This document shows positions 27,678 to 39,850 of a stretch of DNA of 64,000 nucleotides, in pieces. This DNA is from Eledone cirrhosa. Lineage: Eukaryota. A program made the translations under genes and the position numbers. How positions within the stretch are numbered: position 1 is the stretch's first letter; every line of letters begins with the position of its first letter. The notes under the pieces were generated by a model. The model did not search any database and was not told the DNA's origin. It saw only the letters and a program-made list of their open reading frames with translations. The stretch spans positions 180,792,001 through 180,856,000 of the forward strand of contig OZ024742.1 in the NCBI GenBank assembly GCA_964016885.1. The letters run 5' to 3'.

Positions 27678-27995
27678 CATTTCAATTTACGTCCACTTTT
27701 CCCTGCTTGGAAGGGTGGGACGGGAACTGATTCTGGCTTGATTTCTACAGCTGGATGCCTTTCCTAACACCAACCTCATTTACAGTGAGTGCTGGGTGCT
27801 TTTTGCCATGGCACCTCCATAACCACTTTGCAGTGGAATGATAGGGACCTATCATCTCATTTCTACAGCTGAGTAAACTGGAGCAATGTGAAATAAAGTG
27901 TCTTGCTCAAGGAAACAACACATCACCCGGTCTGAGAATTGAACTCACAACCTTTCAATTGCAAGGCCAATGCTCTAACCACTAAGCCATGTGCC
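27678..27995 (-). mobile_element. SINE family B, full length
   Basis: Reverse complement of 40850-41175 (A-box tggcttagtgg, B-box gttcaattc, RTE-like tail). Confidence 0.9.
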
Positions 27996-28097
27996 TACAT
28001 AGAAGCCATGTGCCTCCATATTTTTATATATATATGTATATATGTGTATGTATATATGTATATATATGTGTATATATATATGTATATATATATATTT

Positions 28098-28746
28098 TCT
28101 ATTCTAAGGCGGGTAAAATTCCCGAGATCCATGGACGAGTTCTCTCCAGCGGTCTCTGACCCTCATCATCGCTGCCATGTCCTGCGTCTCCAACAGACCA
28201 GTGTCTGTCCTTAGAGCATCAACATACATTAACCTTGGCCTTCCTCTTCTAGTGTGTCCATGTAGGGGCTGAGAATGAATGAGACTAAAACAAAATATCT
28301 GGTAGAGAATCTTGAGAAGCCAGAGGGGATCACTAATGTAGGTGGGAAGCCGCTAGAATTGGTTGAGGGCTTCCTGTATTTGGGAGCAAAGATTGGGAAT
28401 ACGGAAGATGATGTGGTTGAGAGGAAGAGCAAGGCCTGGGCGGCGTGCCACAGCTTGAGATCGGTGTGGAAGTCCGACCTTCGTAGAGACCTGAAAATCC
28501 GCCTCTTCATTGCTGTAGTGGAGTCTGTGCTGCTGTATGGGTCTAAGACTTGGACACTGACCAAGAAACTCACTCAGATGGTGGATGGGTGCTACACGAG
28601 AATGTTGAGGATGGCTCTGAACATTAATCAGTATACACTGAGGATGAAAAACTCAGAGCTGTATGGGAGCATCCCAAAAGTCAGCTCAAAAGTGACACAG
28701 AGGAGACTGAGGTTAGCTGGACATGCTCACCGACATCCAGAGTTGA
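28098..28746 (-). mobile_element. 5'-truncated RTE-type LINE with 5' inversion (28271-28746 inverted)
   Basis: 28098-28270 is the reverse complement of the 3' end at 61684-61857; the plus-strand segment encodes FLYLG...[11 protein letters not shown]...RLRLAGH; ~24 nt missing at the junction relative to the 61.6-kb copy. Confidence 0.9.
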
Positions 28747-28836
28747 TATATATATATGTATATATATGTTTATATATATGTGTATATATATGTGTATGTA
28801 TATACATATATATATATGTATATATATATATATGTA

Positions 28837-28911
<75 letters not shown>

Positions 28912-28950
28912 ATATATTATTATTATGTAATAAACAACATAAGGCAATTA

Positions 28951-29010
28951 TTCCATTTACCAGTGGTTTCTTAAAAGCAAAAGGTTTTGCTTTCAATCCT
29001 CAGAACGGGA
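28951..29010 (-). ncRNA. Type I hammerhead ribozyme, family C, inverted copy
   Basis: Exact reverse complement of 29664-29723. Confidence 0.85.
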
Positions 29011-29171
29011 AAAAGCTGGTTTGTTTATTGAATTTGGATTACAAACCAAAAAATACAATCTATATGAAAGTGAGGCTGGAGAAGGGAGAAGGAAAGGAAA
29101 AATAAAATAAAATAAAACGACGCATGCAAACACACACACAAAAAAACCCAAAAGCATACTTACACACACAT

Positions 29172-29207
<36 letters not shown>

Positions 29208-29303
29208 GCGTGTACGCATACATACAAACACACATATATATAAAAAAACGTACACTTACCTACACAAGCACATATATACACACATATACACATACATACA
29301 TTA

Positions 29304-29391
<88 letters not shown>

Positions 29392-29458
29392 GCACACACA
29401 CACGCAATATCATATATTTTTTTTATATATATGTGTGTATGTGTATGTGTGTATGCGT

Positions 29459-29502
<44 letters not shown>

Positions 29503-29663
29503 ATGTGTGTGTAAGTATGCTTTTGGGTTTTTTTGTGTGTGTGTTTGCATGCGTCGTTTTATTTTATTTTATTTTTCCTTTCCTTCTCCCTTCTCCAGCC
29601 TCACTTTCATATAGATTGTATTTTTTGGTTTGTAATCCAAATTCAATAAAAAAACCAGCTTTT

Positions 29664-29723
29664 TCCCGTTCTGAGGATTGAAAGCAAAACCTTTTGCTTT
29701 TAAGAAACCACTGGTAAATGGAA
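29664..29723 (+). ncRNA. Type I hammerhead ribozyme, family C
   Basis: UCCCGUU-CUGAGGA-UUGAAAGCAAAA-cc-UUUUGCUUUUAA-GAA-ACCA-c-UGGU-A-AAUGGAA: intact core, stem II of up to 12 bp, GUA cleavage triplet (cut after 29716), stem I CCGUU/AAUGG. Confidence 0.85.
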
Positions 29724-29824
29724 TAATTGCCTTATGTTGTTTATTACATAATAATAATAATTAAGCTCTGTTGCATACATAGAGCACTCTTTTTTCCTGG
29801 ACTTTTCCGATGGAATTACTTCAT

Positions 29825-29868
<44 letters not shown>

Positions 29869-29879
29869 ATATATATATA

Positions 29880-30057
29880 TTAGAATTGGATCTCTGAAAT
29901 AGCAATATATATATGAATGTATATATAATGTATTTTGCAATACACTTTATGCTTAATGCTGATTATTTACTAGAATTCTATAATTAATTTAATTAAGCAT
30001 AAAGTGTATTGCAAAAAACATTATATATATATTGATATTTCAGAGCTCCAATTCTAA
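29880..30057. repeat. Small fold-back between (TA)n tracts
   Basis: ttagaattgga..ctgaaat...ttgcaatacactttatgcttaat / attaagcataaagtgtattgcaa...atttcagagctccaattctaa. Confidence 0.9.
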
Positions 30058-30068
30058 AATATATATAT

Positions 30069-30137
<69 letters not shown>

Positions 30138-30169
30138 TCGTCCCACCACCCCCACCCCATCCACACCGC

Positions 30170-30585
30170 CCCTTTCAATGTAAAGTTATGTTGGTGCCAC
30201 AACATCCAGGCCGAAACAAATGAGATCGTGTAGGTGTCACGACTAAAAAGCACACAGTCCACGCTGTAATGTGGCCGTGTAGACAACACGGTAAAAACCT
30301 CCCAGCTCCACACTGTAAATGTGGTTGGTGTTAGGAAGGGCATCCAGCTGTAGAAAATCCGCCAGACAGTCCACGCTGTAATGTGGCCGTGTAGGCAACA
30401 CGGTAAAAACCTCCCAGCCCCACACTGTAAATGTGGTTGGTGTTAGGAAGGGCATCCAGCTGTAGAAAACCCACCAGACAGTCCTATGCGACCAAGACAA
30501 TCACTCTTGCCTCAAGTGGAACTACCCCCGTCCAAACCCATGCAAGCGTAGAACACGGACGTTAAACGTTGATGATGATGATGAT
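30170..30585 (+). mobile_element. RTE-tailed SINE-like element with internal ~112-bp tandem duplication
   Basis: cagtccacgctgtaatgtggccgtgtag...ttaggaagggcatccagctgtagaaaa at ~30256 and ~30368; tail ggacgttaaacg(TGA)n. Confidence 0.8.
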
Positions 30586-30587
30586 AC

Positions 30588-30619
<32 letters not shown>

Positions 30620-30790
30620 GTATATAAATACACATATATATACACATATATATAAACATATATATACATATATATATATATATCAACTGTGTATTTATGT
30701 GTATATATGTATATATGTGTATATATATGTGTATGTATATACATATATATATATGTGTATATATGTATATACATATATCTTTGCCACAAC

Positions 30791-31045
30791 GGTGGTACTG
30801 TGGATGGCCTTGAGGAGGAGGAAGGCATCCGCAGTACCACCGATCCGGCAGAGAGGGCCTCAAGATGGCTGTGGATCAAAAGAGGGGAGCCATGGAGTCA
30901 TGGTAGCTAGCTGGCCATCTGGACACAAGCTGGGGTCAGATCAGCCCCAGCTGGGTCACCTGGAGAAGGGTGTATGATGTTGAAAGACCCGAAACACCCG
31001 ATGTTACCAGGCACATCACTGAAGATGTGTCCAGATGCATCAGTC
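30791..31045 (+). mobile_element. 3' terminus of a HERO-like (restriction-like endonuclease) non-LTR retrotransposon with a short 5' inversion
   Basis: Translates [23 protein letters not shown], resembling HERO-clade C-termini (from recall); structured GC-rich 3' UTR; 30791-30811 is an inverted copy of 30822-30841. Confidence 0.6.
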
Positions 31046-31148
31046 ATAGATGTATGCACACAACAATACGTATATATATGTTTATATGTATATATATATG
31101 TATATACAATATATTAATAAATGGAAACTATATTTATAAAACCATATT

Positions 31149-31213
31149 TATTTCATTATACATATTTCAAGGACACCAAAGCAAATTATGGTGCGCTTTC
31201 ATCAGATAAAATA
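31149..31213 (-). ncRNA. Type I hammerhead ribozyme, family D, inverted copy
   Basis: Reverse complement of 31327-31391 with one change, at the mismatched stem II position. Confidence 0.85.
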
Positions 31214-31326
31214 TGATATAGATCAGTTTTATAAACAAATATTGACATACCCTTAAAAGAATGCGACCATGTCTGTTGGAAGCTCCCGGATAGTGAGGTT
31301 ACTAATTTTATTATTGATCTATATTG

Positions 31327-31391
31327 TATTTTATCTGATGAAAGAGCACCATAATTTGCTTTGGTGTCCTTGAAATATGTATAATGAAATA
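31327..31391 (+). ncRNA. Type I hammerhead ribozyme, family D
   Basis: UAUUUUAU-CUGAUGA-AAGAGCACCA-loop-UGGUGUCCUU-GAA-AUAUGUAU-A-AUGAAAUA: 8-bp stem I, 10-bp stem II with one mismatch, near-palindromic stem III, AUA triplet (cut after 31383). Confidence 0.85.
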
Positions 31392-31515
31392 AATATGGTT
31401 TTATAAATATAGTTTCCATTTATTAATATATTGTATTTTTACTCCAAATATTTGTTGAGTGCTTTATATCAGTTATAAAAATATGTAAATATATATATAT
31501 ATATATATATATAAA

Positions 31516-31553
<38 letters not shown>

Positions 31554-31569
31554 AATATATGTATATATA

Positions 31570-31628
<59 letters not shown>

Positions 31629-32341
31629 CACAACAACATATATGCACACACCATCCTTTATTCTTATACTGATTTCTGTTGTCTGATAATTGCAAATTGT
31701 TGGCAAACAAATTTCATAAATGAAAACGATTTACTCATGCTGTCTTGGGGAATATATATATATACTTTCATTGAAATGTTCAGCATCTTATTCTCTTTGT
31801 AAATTTAATTTTAAACTGATAATTTCAATATAGCAAAACAAAATATGTGTTCTGTTATGAAATTATTTAGAAAGTTGTTGTAATATGTAGCCTGTAGATA
31901 TTTAATGATTGTGTTGACTCTCTGAAAAATATCTAAATTTACAAAACATCTTCCTAGCATTAAAGCATGAACCATCACCATCATAATTATCATACTTATA
32001 TTCTTTTTCTCATGCTTGCATGGAATGGGTGAGTCCTCTTAGCACAGCTCTCACCACACCTATTGCATTTCTTTGTCAGCTCATTCAGGAAGTTCAAAAT
32101 TCCTGGGATCTCGCCACTTCCATCCAGGTCTTACTCTTATGCAGCTGCCTTCTACTTAGAATACTTCATAATTCTTTAATTCTTCCTCTACATTAAAATC
32201 CGATGAAGGATGATTCTGCATTTTATCCTCTTGTGGTAGATAAAATAAATGCCAATGAAGTACTGGGGTTCATTCAAAAGGGAATGTTTGCCTTCAGATA
32301 ATTTTTTGTCACAGATTGAGAGCAATGAATTTAGACCCAAT

Positions 32342-35338
32342 ATATTCTTTAACCTGTTGGTACGTTGTCGGACTGCATGAACTTCGTTTTCATGCGGTTC
32401 ATCTTGAGGCCTACTGCAGAGCTTTTGATGTCGAGCTCCGTCAGCATGGTCTGAAGCTGATCTGTGGTTTCAGCGATGAGTACAATGTCATCAGCGAAAC
32501 GGAGGTGAGTAAGTATATCGCCATCGATGTTGACACCGCCTTGCCAGTCAATGCCTCTGATGATCTGCTCGCAACACGTGGTGAAAAGTTTTGGAGAGAT
32601 CGTCTCTCCTTACTTCACTCCCTTCTCGACCGGCACTCATATGGGTGTTGACAGCAGAGCTATGTCGGTGGTGCATCCGGAATTTGCTTCCTTGAGCAGT
32701 TGAACGTATTGCACCTTGACTCCTTGCCTCTGCAGCGAGTTCAGCACTGCATTGATTTTGATGCTGTCGAAGGCCTTCTCGTAGTCTACAAACACGACGC
32801 AAAGAGGCATCTTGTACTTTTTCGCTCACTCAAGCAGTTGTGTCAAAGTAAATATGTGGTCCATCGTGCTGTAGTTCTTCTGGAAGCCGGCTTGCTCTCC
32901 TGGTTGCTGTTCGTCCAGATGACGTGATAACCTCTTCAGGATCATCTTCGTGAACAGCTTGTACACGTGAGACAGCAGGTATATGGGTCAGTAGTTCTTC
33001 AGATCTTCTCTATCGCCCTTCTTGTATAGCAGGATGGTATTCGACTCTTTCCACTGCGAGGGTATTCTTCCCTCATCCAGATAGTGTGTGAATCGCTCGG
33101 CGAGGATTTTCCAGAGCTGCTCTCCACCTGACTTCAACACCTCCAATATTATGCCGTCTTTCCCTGGCGCCTTTCCCTTTCCATGAAGCTGATGGCTCTT
33201 TCGACCTCACCGACAAGGATGGGTGGCATATTTTCTTCCCGTTGGAGTGGCGGCAACGGCTGCACATTCTCAGCAGACTTGAAGAGCTTGGGGTAGAAGT
33301 CTTCGCAAACCTTTTCCACCTCACTCTTGTCGCTGACCGGTACTCCAGCTGTGTTCTTCAGGGTTGTCACCTCCGATCTGTACATTGCCATGTCCCTCGC
33401 GCATTTCTTGAGGCTCTTCGTTTCCTCTGCGGCCTTCAGGAGCTTCTCCATCCGGTATGGCTCGAAGTCTCTCTTCAGTTGTTGATGTATCACTCTGCTG
33501 AGAAGGGAATATTCGAGGTGATCTTCAGGTGTCCTCTTCATATTCTTCCTCTTCTCAAGCAACTTCATAGTTTCCTCCGAGACTCTTCCCCTCCACTCCC
33601 TCGGGCACACACCCTTAGCCTTCCTCAAGCACTCCTTCAGTTTCCTTATCAGTGAGTTGTAGTCAGTGTCTATGCCGTCTCCTTGACGCCAGTTTTCCTA
33701 CATGATGGCTTCCTGCAGCTGCGCCTCGTTGAAGACCCGGATGCGTTCTCCCTTTGACGCCAAATGCAGTGCCTTCTTCTCCCTCATCCAGTTGATGACG
33801 ACCTTTGCCCTAACCAGACGATGATCACTGCCAGTGTTGAATGGCGTTATGACAGAGACGCCCTGCAGTATGCGTCGCTTGTCGACCAGGATGTAGTCGA
33901 TCTCGTTTCAGTGCTCAGAATTTGGTGATACCCAGGTCCATCTCTTCTCCTTCTTCCTGAATAGGCTGTTTTTTATGTAGAGCCGTCTCGCCTCCACCAT
34001 GGTGACCAGACACTCTCCTCTCTTATGTCACTCTCCTAAGCCGAATCTTCCAACATACTTTTCCCCTTGCCGTCCCTGTCCGACCTTTGCGTTGAAGTCT
34101 CCCATCACGATCGTGTAAGTGGACTTCACAGCTAGCACTTTGTCTAGCTGGCGATAGAATTTTTCCACTTCATCGTCGTCACTGGCACTTGCGTATGACT
34201 GGACGATCTTGAGGGTGGCCTTCCCTGAGAGATTCACGTTCAGTACACCAATCCGTGACAATCAACTGGCAAGAAGCGACCTTCGAAGCCCATTCCTTGC
34301 TTACGATGAACCCTATACCTCCAACCGATCTGGCACCCTCTGCTTTCCTGAGTCTCATTAGCACATCCATCTTGCCATCGCGAACTCGCCTCCTTCTTCT
34401 GGCGGGTCTCGCACAGACCTAACACGTCACACCTGATCTTCTTCTCCTCCATTAGGTGGTTCAGTCCTTGTCCCCCTGCCAAAGACCTGCAGTTGTAGGT
34501 GCATATGGCAAGGTTAGTCCTGTTCCACGGCAGCCTTCAGAACCTGTGATTCTTAGCAGCCTCTTGTTGCTCGGGTTGCACTCCGCCGTCGTGGTGTGGC
34601 CCGATTGACGCGCAGGGTACTGAGGCCCTTTTCTTCGTGCTGTTTTAGCCATAAGATAACGCCATCCCACTGGCTGGGCGGGCAGGCCGGTACCTTGGTT
34701 GGCAGTGATGAAATAGAGGAGGTGGAGGAATATGTCTACCTGGGACAAGAAGTGAACATGCGCCGAGACATTGAGAGGGACATCTCGCAGAGAGTAAGGG
34801 CTGGATGGAAGGCATTCAACGGCATAAGGGATGTGCTCAAGGGGAGGTTGGACAAGACCACCCGCGCCAACCTCTTCAATAGCACAGTTTTACCTGCAAT
34901 GTTATATGGCAGTGAAACTTGGACTACAATGAGGAGAGAAGAGCAGAGGCTGGTAACGGCTCAAAGAGCCATGGAGAGATCAATGCTAGGAATCTCGTTG
35001 AGAGAGCAATCAGGAGCGAAGTGATCAGACAGAAGTCCGGCGTGAGGGATGTCATCACGGAATATTTGTGCAGCAAGTTCAGATGGGCTGGACACGTCGC
35101 CCTGGGTTCACCGATAATCGGTGGACCCGCGCAGTTGCCGAATTGTACCCATGCGAGCCGAAACGACCACTCAGAAGGCCTCCACGAAGGTGGAGTTACG
35201 ATTTTAGGAATATGATTGGGACTACATGGATGAGGAAAGCACGATCCAGAGAGGAATGGACGGCGTGCTGTGACCAGTAGCGCTGAATGGACGCCCGACA
35301 GACTGGTCAGTCAAGGTGATCAAGGTGATATTCTTTAA
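32342..35338 (+). mobile_element. Near full-length RTE LINE with a ~2.3-kb 5' inversion (32351-34690 minus; 34690-35327 plus) and 11-bp TSD
   Basis: Minus: APE motifs (DVLGLCETR, VMGDFNAKVG, EIDYILV) and RT. Plus: EEYVYLGQ...MLYGSETW...WAGHV and tail (TCAAGGTGA)2. TSD atattctttaa at 32342 and 35328. Multiple frameshifts. Confidence 0.92.
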
Positions 35339-36399
35339 ATGCTGCTATGATAAAATGTACCCAGTCCACTTTGTGAAGTTGTTGGTATTAGGAAGAGAAG
35401 CCATTCAGTCATGATACCACACTTTAAGCCACCTAGGAAAAGGCAAAGACAAACACAGTTTGGTACCAGTGTCACCACAACTCATATATATATATATACT
35501 GTAATCCTAATGGAGTTGTAAGGAGACATATATCATGTGTTGGGTTTTGAGCTGATACTTTCTTTATCAATCTCTAAAGGATGAAAGACAAAGTTGATCT
35601 TGGTGGGGTTAACTCAAAGCACAGAAAGCTTCAATGAATATGTAAAACATTTAATCTGACCTTCTAATAACTCTGCCAATTTGTCACCGATCATATATAC
35701 ACCATATATATCCTACATATACACTATACATACATACATATATATATATATGTGTATATACATATATATATGTGTGTGCGTATGTATATCTCAGTGGATG
35801 CGACCAGATTTCAACACAGCAACAACTACAACAACAACAGCAGCAACACCAACAACAACAACGGCAACAACACCATTGTCTGTGTTCAATGTGTGTGTAT
35901 ATATGTATTTGTATATATGCGACAGCAATAACAGCATCAACACCATTGTCTGCAGCAACAGCAGCAGGAAATGAAGAACAGCAACAACGACAACAACAGC
36001 AACAGCAACTACAATATCAACTACAGCTCCCGACAACTGCCACCACCATCACTGACCATCCACCACCACCACACTGACACCATCCACCACCATTCACCAC
36101 CACCACCGCCATTACCAGCGTAAAGCAAACAATTGTTATTATTATTATTATTATACACAAGCTGAACTGGACTGGGAAAGAACAACAGTTGACATGATAT
36201 TGATTTTGATTTTGATGATTTTGATTTTGATTTTGATTTTGTATTTGTATCAGTACTGTCGGTAATATATATATGTGTGTTTGTGAGTGGTGTGTGTGAT
36301 TGTATGCATGAATGAGTGTTGGTGTGTGTGTGGTTGTGGTTTGTATGCATGAGTGTTTGTGTGTGCGTCGTGTCAATTTTTTTTTTTTTTTTTTTTTAA

Positions 36400-39300
36400 T
36401 GACCATGCTGTAAAATGGAGAGGTAGAGAGGGCCCTTGAGTCTAGTAACACATCCTCTCTAGTGCTGGTGGCACAAATAAAAGCACCCAGTCCATGCTGT
36501 AAAGTGGTGCTGGTGTTAGGAAGGGCATCCAACCAGTATATCAATGCCAAAACGCTTATCAGCACAGCAACAAATAGGAACAACAACAAAATATGAAGAC
36601 GTCGCATCTCAGAGTTGCAACACTTAATGTTGGCACTCTCAGAGGTAGATCTGCTGAAATAGCGGAGATGCTGGAGAGAAGGCAGGTGGATGTGTGCTGC
36701 GTGCAAGAGGTGAGATGGAGTGGTGCCTCTGCAAGACTAGTCGTAGGAAAGCGTCTTAGCTATAAGCTATTCTGGGTAGGTAAGGATGATAGGCTAGGGG
36801 GAGTAGGCATTTTCCTGGCTGAGAAATGGATCAATAAGACAATAGATGTAGTTCGAGTTAGTAATCGAATAATTAAGCTTAGATTAGTTGTAGGTAGGAG
36901 ACTACTGACAATCATCTCGGCCTATGCTCCCCAAGCAGGCCTAGGTAAAGATGAGAAAGACTGCTTTTATGAGCAACTTTTGCAAACAACCGCAATGACA
37001 GAGGACGGAGACATTGTTATGCTAGCAGGAGACTTCAATGGTCATGTTGGACAGCTCCAGGATGATTACACTGGGGTACATGGTGGGCACGGTTACGGTT
37101 CAAGAAATGAAGAAGGAGTGAGACTTCTTGAATTTTGTGATGCGGGTACATTGACTATTTGCAACACAAACTTCCAGAAACCTGCCAATCACCTAATAAC
37201 CTACAAATCTGGTGAGCACATAAGCCAGATTGACTTCCTGCTAGTTAGGCAGCGGGACAGGCAGATAGTGTCTAATACCAAGGCATACCCTGGGGAAGAA
37301 TGTACCCCAGAGCATAGGTTAGTTGTTAGTGATATCTCAGTAAGCAAGAGATGGAATGAGACATATAGGAAGGTTTGGAGAAGAAAGGTCTGGAAGCTAA
37401 AAGACCTTTCACTAAAATACAAATTTAGGAAAGCCCTTCAAGATGTATATGACGAAAAAGAAGACGATTTAGAGACGTATGACATAGATAATAACTGGAA
37501 ATTCTTACGTGACAACTTGCTGTAGGCTACCGATGAAACTTGTAGCTGGAGCAGAGCTCCAACCAGACAGAGAGTGACCTGGTGGGGGAACAGCACAGTA
37601 GATAAGGCTATTAGAGACAAAAGACTAGCATGGAAGGCTTGGAAAAATGGTGGGAGTAGGGAAGAATATACAGCCACTAAGAGAGAAGCTAGACGTCAAG
37701 TGTACTTAGCACGCAGGGAGGCAGAAGTAGGAGGTTTGCCAATGTTCTGCGACGGGAAGATCAGAGGCGTGCGGTGTTCCACATTGCAAGGCAGTGTGTC
37801 AATGCAAATCAGGATGTTGTTGGAGATAAATGTGTCCGGGATGATGCCGGTGTACTTAGTGTCACGAATGATCAGAAAAAGGAGGCCTGGAAATGTCATT
37901 ATGAGAGACTGATGAATGTGGAGAACGAATAGGAGAGAGAGAAATTACCCTTGGTAGATCCGACAGAGGGACCAGCTATTGAGATTGACGAATATAGCGT
38001 CCAAGAGGCGATTAGGGAAATGAAAAATGGTAAGGCTGCCGGACCATCGGGAATAGTTGCTGAGATGCTGAAGGCATCAGGGGACGTAGGCACTAAACTG
38101 GTTACACGCATCATCAATCAGGCTATATATGGTGGTGTCATACCCAAGGACTGGTGCAGCAGTATTCTCATAAATTGCTACAAGGGTAAAGGGGATGCTT
38201 TGGAGAGGAGAAATTATAGGGGTATAAAACTGATAGATCAGGTTATGAAAGTGTCAGAAAGGATTTTAGCAAAACTAATTAGAGAAAGGGTCAAATAAGA
38301 TGAGATGCAGTTTGGTTTTGTGCCTGGGAAGAGTACAACAGATGCCCTCTTCTTGGTGAGACAATTGCAAGATAGGTTCCTAGAGAAGAATAAGCCACTA
38401 TACTTAGCCTTTGTTGACCTAGAGAAGGCCTTTGATAGGGTACCCGATCTGTCATCTGGTGGTCCCTAAGGAAGCTAGGTGTTGAGGAATGGCTTGTGAG
38501 GACAGTGCAAACTTTGTACAGAGGTACTCTCAGTAAAGTCAGGGTAGGAATGGAGTTTAGTGAGGAATTCCAGATACAAGTAGGAGTACATCAGGGTTTG
38601 GTCCTCAGCCCGCTCTTGTTCATTATAGTCCTCCAAGCCATAACAGAGGTGTTTAAGACTGGCTGTCCATGGGAACTTCTCTATGCTGACGATCTAGTTC
38701 TTATAGCAGAATCAGTAGAGGAACTAGAGAATAAATTCTGGCTATGGAAACAGCAGTTGGAAGCAAGAGGACTGAGAGTGAATCTAGCTAAGATAAAAGT
38801 GTTGATGAGTAGAAAAGAGGACAAAACCCTGATTCCGTCAGGGAAATGGCCATGTTCGATATGCAGAAAAGGAACTGGCATAAATTCTATAAAATGCACA
38901 CAATGCAGATCCTGGGTACACAAGAGATGTAGTCGGATAGCAGGCAAACTAACAGGTAGGGAGAAATATGTATGCAGTAGATGTACAGGGAAATTAGACA
39001 GTAGAAGTCGCATTGATAGACACATTTTTCAAATGCAGGAGGGTGCTATAGAAGTGGTGGATAGCTTCCGGTATCTAGGAGATCAGATTAGCATGGGAGG
39101 AGGGTGTTCCGAGGCCATAGTATCTAGAATAAGGACGGGTTGGAAGAAGTTTAGGGAGCTGCTTCCTCTGTTGACGAAGAAGGGTTTCTCCCTGCGTACG
39201 AAAGGCCGGTTGTATGATACCTGTGTGAGGAGCGCGATGCTGCATGGTAGTGAGACATGGGCAGCAACTGCAGAGGATATGCGATGGCTGCAGAGAAATG

Positions 39301-39680
39301 AGGCAAGTATGCTCCGTTGGATGTGCAGTGTAAATGTGCGTGAACGACCCAGCATAAATGTGTTGAGAGAGAAACTGTCTGAGAGGGATAGAATGTAGTG
39401 TACGGGAGTGAAGACTGAGGTGGTATGGACATGTGATGCGCATGGAGGATGACCGATGGGTGAAGAAGTGCCAGGAAATGCCAGTTGAAGGAAGACGTGG
39501 TAGAGGTAGACCACGAAAAACATGGGCGGAGGTGGTGAGAACAGACCTCAGATCATTGAAGCTCACGGTGGAGATGACGAGGGACCGTGACGAGTGGAGA
39601 GATGCTGTGCTGAATAAGACCCGTCCCACCCTTGCAAGCAGGGAAAAGCGGACGTAAAATGATGATCATGATGATGATGA

Positions 39681-39685
<5 letters not shown>
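36400..39685 (+). mobile_element. Near full-length RTE LINE (APE + RT + Cys-rich insert), inactivated
   Basis: 36593-37525 APE (LNVGTL, VQEVRW, GDFNGHVG, SQIDFLL); 37951-39398 RT (NYRGIKL, FVDLEKAFDR, GVHQG, LLYADDL); tail ggacgtaaaa(TGA)n; stops at 37523, ~37930 and 38296 plus frameshifts. Confidence 0.95.
36593..39657 (+). pseudogene. RTE APE-RT polyprotein, disrupted
   Basis: ORFs 36593-37525, 37574-, 37951-38298, 38496-39398 and 39433-39657 are successive pieces of one RTE ORF. Confidence 0.93.
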
Positions 39686-39727
<42 letters not shown>

Positions 39728-39850
39728 AAATTAAGATAAATCAAAATGAATTTAATCTAAATCAAAATTATGGGTGTCATGCCAGAAAGGCATGCGCCAT
39801 ATCACCCGTAAAATAAGCTCCAAGATTCTAATGAAGAGGTCTGAGCATTT

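Larger units (their letters stand above)
28916..29760. mobile_element. Fold-back element (arms ~28916-29248 and ~29417-29760, (CA)n spacer) carrying hammerhead family C in both orientations
   Basis: Arms nearly identical by eye; flanked by (TA)n tracts. Confidence 0.9.
31108..31480. mobile_element. Fold-back element (arms ~31108-31225 and ~31316-31435) carrying hammerhead family D in both orientations
   Basis: Inverted arms nearly identical; flanked by (TA)n; another copy at 46855-47050. Confidence 0.9.

Noticed and set aside
28275-29105. 276-aa ORF as a novel gene
   Set aside because: Chance fusion of an inverted RTE fragment, a (TA)n tract and the antisense arm of the family-C fold-back.
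35772-36120. Poly-Q/poly-T ORFs (also 24999-25288)
   Set aside because: (CAA)/(CAG)/(CAC) trinucleotide tracts with no domain or splice support.
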